Origin: Mobula hypostoma
Taxonomy: Eukaryota
DNA: 64,000 bases
Assembly: GCF_963921235.1 (NCBI RefSeq)
Contig: NC_086108.1
Location: 48,424,001 to 48,488,000, forward strand
Direction of reading: 5' to 3'
Positions 61,502-64,000 of the stretch are shown here, piece after piece. The position numbers and the translations under genes were made by a program. Positions within the stretch are counted from its first letter, which is position 1; every line of letters begins with the position of its first letter. The notes under the pieces are model-generated. The model was not told the DNA's origin, ran no database searches, and worked only from the letters and a program-made list of their open reading frames with translations.

Positions 61502-63735
61502 CATTCAGAATTCTGATGGCAGAGGAGATCAAGCTGTTCCTAAGATGTTGGTCCCCATATTCCTCACATGATTCTACCACTTTACTGCACACTTGGGTGG
61601 TCTTACAATAAACAATTAGCACTTTGGATGTGAGAGGAAGCTGAAACATGTAGGGAGAAAGCTTTTGTGATGACAGAACAAGATGTAGACTTCACACAAA
61701 CAGCACCTGAGGTCAAGATTGAACCTGCGTCTCTGCCAGCTGCACCACTCTGCTGTCCTGAAGTAGTTAGCAACCCTTCCTCCTGGTATTACTGGATATG
61801 GGTCAGTGTCTGTCAAGGACTATTAAGTAAATGGTTTGTGCCAGCCCATTTAATGCTCTGCTTCTGGACAGTGACTGAGGGAGTGGTAACACTGAGGCCA
61901 GTGTGGTGGAGTACGCGAGTTGGACTCATTGGGTCACAGGAAGAGTGGCCATTCTGGGAGTCATGAAGATGCGGAATTGGCTGTCACTGATGGGTTCGTG
62001 CTAAGGAGAAAGGGGGGACTGGGGCAGAGTTTAAATCAATGGTTACAGATGGGAACAGTGAGGTTTGCAGTTTGACCTCGGACTGATCGCCAAGGATTGA
62101 TAGGTGAGGTTGTCAAGATGGATTAGGTCTGCAGATGGTGGGTGTCAGATGCTTTTAGTAGATAGGCAGGGTTAGACAATGATCAGGAGTTTGACTGGGG
62201 GGCTGGGTGGAAGATCTAAAGGAGAACCAGAAAAGCAGATGACATAACCTAGTTATTTGCAACTACCTTATTAAGACTTGCTCAGGCTGATCTCCTTTAA
62301 CGCATAATGAAGTAGGTCTCATTGGCCTTGTGAAATCCTGCTGCTAGGTAACATGTTTTTGATGTTGTCCCATGATTGCTTCTTAATTAACACTGTCTTC
62401 ACCATAAGTTTTGGAGGAATATATAATGCAATGCCTAAGTATTTATTAATCTGCTTAGATGTACCTTTGACTAAGTTACTTTCCTTTTGAAGTGCCTCCA
62501 GTCATAATGGCACACCCAACAAACTATGTTGTTACTTTGGATAAACCCGTCACTATGGTATGTGAGGCCAAGGGTTACCCAAATCCCGAAGTCACCTGGA
62601 ACAAAGATGGACATCCTGTTTCCGAGAGCATTCGCCAGAGGATCCTCAGCACAGGAGCCCTCCAGATTGCCTTTGCCCAACCCCAGGACACTGGTCGATA
62701 CACCTGTACAGCAGCCAACTCTGCAGGTTCCAGCAGTTCAGTCATGGTTTTAACGGTTCACAGTAAGTGTTACGTTACCTATGTCAACATCCTCATCTTT
62801 AAGATCAGTTGGATTTCTTTAACTGCATGCTCCTCCTGTCGGTGCTTGTAACAGAGTTACCAAGAGGTCTTTGAAGTAATCGCCGGAAGCACACCAATCA
62901 AAAGCTCCTAACTTTAAAATTACTTTTGTTGTAACAGTAAGAATGTTAATTCTTCTCCTGACTCAAACTAAAGTCAAATGTACACTGTACTTTTTCCAGC
63001 ATTGTTCAGCTAGTCTGCATTTCCCAGACTCTACAATGGACTTAAGATTTTTACCCCATCTGATCGACAGAGTATTTGAAATGCATAAGTAGATTGCCAA
63101 ACACTGGGGAAATTAGTCTAATGGTGAAACCTCATTCTGATTCGACTGCAGATCCCCCATCCTAGTTGATCGGATCTATCTGACTAGCACAGCATGTGCT
63201 AGCTCAGCTCTAGGGTAACAGAGATTAAATGAACAGAAGTTCTCAGCCATGAGGTTGAGAGAGAGGTAATCACTTGCACAAAAGCCAGAAAGAAACTTAT
63301 CAAGTGTCAAGTTATCAATCATCTACTAGAAAGTGATATGCATTTTCATCTCCTAACTACACTCTCATTCCATAGGGTTCATAGTGTACTGTAGACAGAC
63401 TATGAACTGGGAAAAATGTTGTTTATGGAATAGAGTCACAAAAGTTGGAAAGGAGATATCAGTGTGTATGAAGGTTTTGGACAAGTCTTTGTCTCATGAT
63501 GCTCCCAGTGTGAAGTTACGATTTACACAATCTTCCTTTTACAGTTCCACCATCCATGCACACCTCTGCCACTGAGTTTGTGGCGATTGAGCAGTCTCAG
63601 ATAATAATTCCTTGCAGCGCTGATGGTGTACCTGAGCCAGCACTGACCTGGCAGAAAGATGGCAAAATCTTGCAGAACAAATTAGGAAAATATAAATTAT
63701 TGCCGTCAGGAGAGCTCCTTGTGGAAAATGCGGTG
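1983..63735 (+). CDS. HMCN1: Hemicentin-1, internal portion (21 exons, about 11.5 Ig I-set domains); gene extends beyond both window edges
   Basis: 21 AG/GT-bounded exons with compatible phases join into 3242 nt of stop-free frame. The frame has repeated VPP..C..G.P.P...W.K.G....L.I......D.G.Y.C.A.N.AG Ig motifs in the same order as the vertebrate HMCN1 sequence as I recall it (e.g. [40 protein letters not shown]). Confidence 0.95.
2278..2802. mobile_element. Mariner-derived MITE with long inverted arms and internally duplicated TIRs
   Basis: ta|cgaggggtgattgataa ... ttatcaatcacccctca|ta. Right arm reads [32 protein letters not shown], a mariner transposase C-terminus; the left arm is its reverse complement. 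Confidence 0.85.
2805..2876. mobile_element. Tiny Tc1-type MITE
   Basis: degenerate left TIR ...gtcttaggcac and right TIR gtgcctaagacttttgcacagtactg|ta. Confidence 0.65.
3278..3887. mobile_element. Tc1-type MITE (same family) containing an expanded CT tract
   Basis: ta|cggtactgtgcaaaagtcttaggca ... tgcctaagacttttgcagagtactg|ta. Confidence 0.75.
3310..3847. repeat. Long imperfect (CT)n/(CCCCT)n polypyrimidine tract
   Basis: directly visible low-complexity sequence. Confidence 0.97.
5776..5925 (+). CDS. HMCN1: HMCN1 exon ([50 protein letters not shown])
   Basis: polypyrimidine tract + ttcag| acceptor, |gtgcgc donor; phase 1 to 1. Confidence 0.92.
6340..7512 (-). pseudogene. Penelope-like RT/GIY-YIG ORF, 5'-truncated (inverted arm)
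   Basis: 390-aa ORF with YIDD and GIY-YIG motifs. Confidence 0.9.
7557..8852 (+). pseudogene. Penelope-like RT/GIY-YIG ORF, 5'-truncated and frameshifted (direct arm)
   Basis: ORF pieces 7557-8426, 7957-8529 and 8463-8852 together match the inverted-arm protein. Confidence 0.9.
9150..9185 (+). ncRNA. Minimal type-I hammerhead ribozyme motif in the Penelope 3' repeat
   Basis: agtc-CUGACGA-aggttctcggcct-GAAA-cGUC^gact; stem I agtc/gact, stem II agg/cct. Confidence 0.75.
10452..10712. mobile_element. Short fold-back Penelope-derived element with two opposed hammerhead motifs
   Basis: inverted arms about 10480-10590 and 10607-10712; 15-bp TSD TTAAAAAGAAA(TG/CA)TA. Confidence 0.85.
11359..11518 (+). 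CDS. HMCN1: HMCN1 exon ([54 protein letters not shown])
   Basis: ttacag| acceptor, |gtaatt donor; phase 1 to 2. Confidence 0.92.
12044..13236 (-). mobile_element. 5'-truncated Rex1/Babar-like LINE
   Basis: RT fragment ([28 protein letters not shown]) at 12549-13244; (GATTCAA)n tail on + strand at 12045-12065; possible 8-bp TSD CTTTTCAA. Confidence 0.85.
13676..13800 (+). CDS. HMCN1: HMCN1 exon ([41 protein letters not shown])
   Basis: ctccag| acceptor, |gtgagt donor; phase 2 to 1; not in the ORF track. Confidence 0.92.
14692..16763 (-). mobile_element. 5'-truncated CR1 LINE with frameshifts, nested in a Penelope-derived fragment (14642-14691 and 16764-16804)
   Basis: RT fragments ([35 protein letters not shown]); (CATAGAAA)n tail; near-identical to the copy at 53.7-56.8 kb. 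Confidence 0.92.
17211..17394 (+). CDS. HMCN1: HMCN1 exon ([62 protein letters not shown])
   Basis: ttctccag| acceptor, |gttagt donor; phase 1 to 2. Confidence 0.92.
17560..17850 (-). mobile_element. Rex1/L2-like LINE or SINE 3' remnant
   Basis: tttattaccactgacatatgtcgtga...gcagcagtacagtgca block also found at 1240-1310 (reverse), 9815-9870, 40452-40680 and 61405-61550. Confidence 0.6.
18345..21585 (+). mobile_element. Old CR1 3' fragment interrupted by the hAT transposon
   Basis: CR1-like sequence (ggcattggtcagaccacatttg...) runs to 18891 and resumes at 21489 to the cttatggtc-like tail. Confidence 0.7.
18892..21488 (-). mobile_element. Full-length decayed hAT DNA transposon (Blackjack/Tip100-like termini)
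   Basis: 14-bp TIR TAGGGTTGCCAACT; perfect 8-bp TSD GTTGAGAG (18884-18891, 21489-21496); subterminal GGGAC/GTCCC motifs; transposase fragments 19265-21170 with TRWLS and C-terminal [13 protein letters not shown] motifs. Confidence 0.93.
22684..22781 (+). CDS. HMCN1: HMCN1 exon ([32 protein letters not shown])
   Basis: ttcacag| acceptor, |gtgagt donor; phase 2 to 1. Confidence 0.92.
23205..23530 (-). mobile_element. CR1-type 3' remnant
   Basis: reverse strand reads ..[13 protein letters not shown].., typical CR1 C-terminus plus tail. Confidence 0.6.
23613..23737. mobile_element. Miniature Penelope 3'-end insertion containing a perfect 88-bp palindrome
   Basis: 23613-23656 is the exact reverse complement of 23657-23700; TSD TACACATTCACCGTA at 23599-23613 and 23737-23751 (13-15 bp, ends ambiguous). 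Confidence 0.92.
23815..24093 (+). CDS. HMCN1: HMCN1 exon, whole Ig domain ([19 protein letters not shown]...[14 protein letters not shown])
   Basis: acgcag| acceptor, |gtaagt donor; phase 1 to 1. Confidence 0.92.
24528..24724 (+). CDS. HMCN1: HMCN1 exon ([26 protein letters not shown]...[11 protein letters not shown])
   Basis: ttgcag| acceptor, |gtgtgg donor; phase 1 to 0. Confidence 0.9.
25505..25712. repeat. CT-rich tandem/low-complexity repeat (tctctctccctcctt-like units)
   Basis: directly visible. Confidence 0.92.
26495..26576 (+). CDS. HMCN1: HMCN1 exon ([27 protein letters not shown])
   Basis: ggcag| acceptor after T-rich tract, |gtaagt donor; phase 0 to 1. Confidence 0.92.
26924..27530 (+). 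mobile_element. 5'-truncated I/Nimb-clade-like LINE 3' end
   Basis: ..[25 protein letters not shown] (CCHC motif); 3' UTR stem-loop and (GAA)n tail; perfect 15-bp TSD AACTTTGGCTTCCAG (26909-26923, 27531-27545). Confidence 0.85.
27378..27412. repeat. (GT)n microsatellite in the LINE 3' UTR
   Basis: directly visible. Confidence 0.97.
28568..28704 (+). CDS. HMCN1: HMCN1 exon ([46 protein letters not shown])
   Basis: atgcag| acceptor, |gtagga donor; phase 1 to 0. Confidence 0.92.
29230..32700 (-). mobile_element. Highly decayed ERV/LTR-retroelement remnant (gag zinc knuckles, integrase C-terminal module); boundaries uncertain
   Basis: GHLARNC and [14 protein letters not shown] knuckles (31009-31290); capsid-like [11 protein letters not shown] (31753-31953); GQVMVR...[14 protein letters not shown] (30147-30386). 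Confidence 0.6.
31294..31752 (-). mobile_element. CR1 3' fragment inserted into the ERV-like gag
   Basis: RGHS...[21 protein letters not shown]; (ccataag) tail at 31294-31310. Confidence 0.85.
33225..34422. mobile_element. Non-autonomous PIF/Harbinger DNA transposon
   Basis: taa|GGCTACATCCACACTAGACCGGA ... TCCGGTCTAATGTGGATGTAGCC|taa, 3-bp TAA TSD; contains an about 62-bp tandem duplication (33387-33527) and a nested LINE 3' end with (AGTCAT)n tail (33528-33800). Confidence 0.88.
34481..34622 (+). CDS. HMCN1: HMCN1 exon ([47 protein letters not shown])
   Basis: ctgcag| acceptor, |gtgagt donor; phase 0 to 1. Confidence 0.93.
35154..35295 (+). CDS. HMCN1: HMCN1 exon ([48 protein letters not shown])
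   Basis: atgcag| acceptor, |gtcggg donor; phase 1 to 2. Confidence 0.9.
35658..35815 (-). mobile_element. CR1/SINE 3' tail remnant
   Basis: agaacataaggaataggagcaggagtaagccat... matches the other CR1 tails in the window. Confidence 0.7.
37133..37260 (+). CDS. HMCN1: HMCN1 exon ([42 protein letters not shown])
   Basis: aaccag| acceptor after poly-T, |gtaaat donor; phase 2 to 1. Confidence 0.92.
37388..38563. mobile_element. Second palindromic Penelope insertion (GIY-YIG end + 3' repeat in both orientations)
   Basis: minus arm 37388-37992, plus arm 37992-38563; 14-bp TSD AGGCTGCTTCTTTT at 37374-37387 and 38564-38577. Confidence 0.93.
38487..38522 (+). ncRNA. Minimal hammerhead ribozyme motif (mirror copy on - strand at about 37494-37529)
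   Basis: agtc-CUGACGA-agggtctcggcct-GAAA-cGUU^gact. Confidence 0.7.
38610..38900 (-). mobile_element. tRNA-derived V-SINE
   Basis: reverse strand: tRNA-like head (cagtggtttagtggtt...gttccgg), V-domain gcatgggtttttcccagggtgctccagtttcctcccaca, A-rich tail. Confidence 0.75.
39740..39896 (+). CDS. HMCN1: HMCN1 exon ([53 protein letters not shown])
   Basis: ttcttccag| acceptor, |gtgatt donor; phase 1 to 2. Confidence 0.92.
40696..41424. mobile_element. Older diverged fold-back Penelope-derived element
   Basis: purine-rich arm 40696-40896 is the diverged reverse complement of part of 41010-41230; hammerhead-like agtcctgatgaagagtctcagcctgaaa near 41290-41316; ends gatttccagcagctgaagactcttttgtgttt. 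Confidence 0.7.
41510..42040 (+). mobile_element. Deleted CR1 remnant (EN piece joined to RT C-terminal piece)
   Basis: [27 protein letters not shown], then a C-terminal CR1-like segment. Confidence 0.65.
42156..42277 (+). CDS. HMCN1: HMCN1 exon ([40 protein letters not shown])
   Basis: cattag| acceptor, |gtgggt donor; phase 2 to 1. Confidence 0.92.
42411..43205. mobile_element. Tigger/pogo-like non-autonomous DNA transposon remnant
   Basis: right end ccaattaagtggaatccactg|ta with repeated gtcccaaataa subterminal motifs; degenerate left end after TA. Confidence 0.5.
43552..46895 (-). mobile_element. Decayed CR1 LINE retaining the ORF1 end (SGNH-like GGLHLNW...GLN*) and the ORF2 EN-RT span
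   Basis: ORF fragments 46375-46569, 45918-46226, 44603-45499, 44431-44667 and 44112-44546 match CR1 EN/RT; tail near 43552. Confidence 0.9.
43898..44003. mobile_element. 106-bp Penelope-derived insertion inside the CR1 (inverted hammerhead-bearing arm + extreme 3' end)
   Basis: 14-bp TSD GCCTTTCACTATTC at 43884-43897 and 44004-44017. Confidence 0.88.
47300..47704 (+). mobile_element. Rex1-like LINE 3' end abutting an HMCN1 acceptor
   Basis: ..[36 protein letters not shown].. then caataaactgaacttgaactt tail. Confidence 0.7.
47714..47878 (+). CDS. HMCN1: HMCN1 exon ([55 protein letters not shown])
   Basis: gtttag| acceptor, |gtaata donor; phase 1 to 1. Confidence 0.92.
48040..48530 (-). mobile_element. 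Rex1-like LINE RT C-terminal remnant
   Basis: [42 protein letters not shown]. Confidence 0.75.
48927..49034 (+). CDS. HMCN1: HMCN1 exon ([36 protein letters not shown])
   Basis: attcag| acceptor, |gtaggt donor; phase 1 to 1. Confidence 0.92.
49540..50150 (+). mobile_element. Old L2-like remnant (49540-49760) followed by a CR1 3' remnant (49790-50150)
   Basis: gaaatttcaaatcctcatcctagccttcaaa ([13 protein letters not shown]); [17 protein letters not shown]. Confidence 0.55.
50370..52968 (+). mobile_element. Longest Penelope-like (Neptune-like) copy, without an inverted arm
   Basis: N-terminal [13 protein letters not shown] (50547-50906, premature stop); 431-aa RT + GIY-YIG ORF 51282-52577; 3' repeat with hammerhead at 52872-52907. 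Confidence 0.92.
53290..53635 (+). mobile_element. Old CR1 3' remnant
   Basis: tattctctggag...ttcttcactcagagg...tggaacaagctg. Confidence 0.65.
53723..56847 (-). mobile_element. Young CR1 LINE, truncated at the ORF1/ORF2 junction, with intact ORF2
   Basis: (CATAGAAA)4 tail; uninterrupted EN + RT frame; inserted into another repeat (53635-53722 and 56848-57010). Confidence 0.95.
53833..56847 (-). CDS. CR1 ORF2 (APE endonuclease + reverse transcriptase), about 1000 aa open frame
   Basis: NARSI, ITETW, GGGVA, YRPP, MGDFN, SDH (EN); [25 protein letters not shown] (RT). The first 33 aa of the ORF-track protein come from flanking DNA. Confidence 0.92.
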   Translation of the reverse strand, partial: FKLEWLGGGNQIKAARCEEVRSQQRDGNQCRETEGCKVSVEAKSTKGKSKSGRPTNPGQALKRAKRVVKERLKALCVNARSIRNKVDELKVQIVINDYDIVGITETWLQGDQGWELNVQGYSIFRRNRHEGRGGGVALLVKKEINAIERKDISREDVESIWVELRNTKGQKTLVGVVYRPPNSSSEVGDGIKQEIRNVCNKGTAVIMGDFNLHVDWVNQIGKGAEEEDFLECMRDGFLNQHVEEPTREQAILDWVLSNEEGLISDLVVRGPLGKSDHNMVEFFINMESDVVNSETKVLNLKRGNFEGMRRELAKIDWQMTLQGLMVDMQWQAFKGCMDELQQLFIPVWQKNKSRKVVHPWLTREIRDSINSKEVAYKLARESGSPEDWEKFRVQQRRTKGLIRKGKKDYERKLAENIKTDCKSFYRYVKRKKLIKTNVGPLQTETGELIMGSKDMADQLNNYFGSVFTKEDINNLPEIVRDRGSSEMEELSEIHVSREVVLGKLKGLKADKSPGPDGLHPRVLKEVAQEIVDALVIIFQNSLDSGLVPEDWRVANVTPLFKKGGREKPGNYRPVSLTSVVGKLLESVIKDVITAHLESGEMIGQSQHGFVKGKSCLTNLIEFFEDVTSRVDRGEPVDVVYLDFQKAFDKVPHRRLVCKLKAHGIGGKVLVWVENWLADRKQRVGINGTFSEWQAVTSGVPQGSVLGPQLFTIYINDLDEGIKCSISKFADDTKLGGSVSSEEDAKRMQGDLDRLGEWANSWQMQFNVDKCEVIHFGGKNRKTDYYLNGGRLGKGEVQRDLCVIIHQSLKVGMQVQQAVKKANGMLAFIARGFEYRSREVLLQLYKALVRPHLEYCVQFWSPNLRKDIFAIEGVQRRFNRLIPGMAGLSYEERLDELGLYSLEFRRLRGDLIETYKILKGLDRLDAGRLFPMLGRSRTRGHSLRIEGKPFRTEVRKNFFTQRVVNLWNSLPQQTVEASSLAMFKRKLDMALVATGVRGYGGKAGF
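58170..58460 (+). mobile_element. Rex1/L2-like 3' remnant
   Basis: cacaccaacaggttcaatgacaactcc...caataaacttgacttt. Confidence 0.55.
59035..59172 (+). CDS. HMCN1: HMCN1 exon ([46 protein letters not shown])
   Basis: atctag| acceptor, |gtaaag donor; phase 1 to 1. Confidence 0.92.
59355..59572. mobile_element. Short diverged fold-back Penelope-derived element with two degenerate hammerheads
   Basis: ccaggcagcatctatggaaaagagt ... actcttttccatagatgctgcctgg inverted pair, then the 3' end gcatctgcagattttctcttgttt. Confidence 0.8.
59638..59772 (+). CDS. HMCN1: HMCN1 exon ([45 protein letters not shown])
   Basis: tttgcag| acceptor (tandem CAGTAG; alternative start 59641), |gtaagt donor; phase 1 to 1. 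Confidence 0.9.
61020..61400 (+). mobile_element. CR1 3' fragment
   Basis: [13 protein letters not shown]...RVVNLWN; ends cctatgtcttatggtctt. Confidence 0.8.
61610..61770 (-). mobile_element. Degenerate V-SINE
   Basis: reverse strand: tRNA B-box-like ggttcaatc and V-domain-like cagcttcctctcacatccaaag. Confidence 0.55.
62493..62762 (+). CDS. HMCN1: HMCN1 exon, whole Ig domain ([28 protein letters not shown]...[11 protein letters not shown])
   Basis: ttttgaag| acceptor, |gtaagt donor; phase 1 to 1. Confidence 0.92.
63545..63735 (+). CDS. HMCN1: HMCN1 exon ([40 protein letters not shown]...ELLVENAV)
   Basis: ttttacag| acceptor, |gtaagt donor; phase 1 to 0. Confidence 0.92.
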
Positions 63736-64000
63736 GTAAGTAAGAAAAGTCTTGCCTTTTATCATGGAATGTGGAATGATGCTTATGGTTCTATGAGATT
63801 GTTTAGATGAGCACATGTACTTTAATGCACCTATTTATTTTAGGATGCATAGGGAATTGAGGGATGTGGGAATCAAGAGGGAAAATGGATTGAGGTACAG
63901 AATCAGCCATGATAGGATTGAATGTTGGAGCAATCCCTGAGGTCAGCAAGACAACACCCATTTCCGTTTCTTTTGCTTTTTACTGGTTATAACCGGTACA

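Noticed and set aside
1983..63735. Alternative identity as HMCN2 or another Ig-repeat gene
   Set aside because: Peptides such as [25 protein letters not shown] and ESIRQR match HMCN1 in order, as I recall the sequence; BLASTP and synteny would settle it.

Overview
Vertebrate nuclear DNA, not prokaryotic. The repeat content (CR1 LINEs with (CATAGAAA)n tails, V-domain tRNA-SINEs, Penelope-like elements) suggests a cartilaginous fish, possibly a ray; this is inference. The whole window lies inside one + strand gene, hemicentin-1 (HMCN1). 21 GT-AG coding exons (1983-63735, 3242 nt) splice in frame into about 11.5 tandem Ig I-set domains, and the gene continues past both window edges. The introns are full of transposable elements: Penelope-like retroelements (RT + GIY-YIG), CR1, Rex1/Babar-like, L2 and I/Nimb-like LINEs, a hAT transposon, Harbinger, mariner, Tc1 and Tigger-like MITEs, V-SINEs and a decayed ERV-like remnant. 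Three observations stand out. (1) Seven Penelope-family insertions (about 0.1-3.3 kb) share a fold-back architecture with element 3' ends pointing outward on both sides; five have 14-15 bp target-site duplications. (2) Most Penelope-derived copies carry a minimal type-I hammerhead ribozyme core. (3) Two CR1 copies have a U-UUA-AAC slippery heptamer exactly at the ORF1 stop, and in the intact copy ORF2 is in the -1 frame with no upstream Met, suggesting programmed -1 ribosomal frameshifting.
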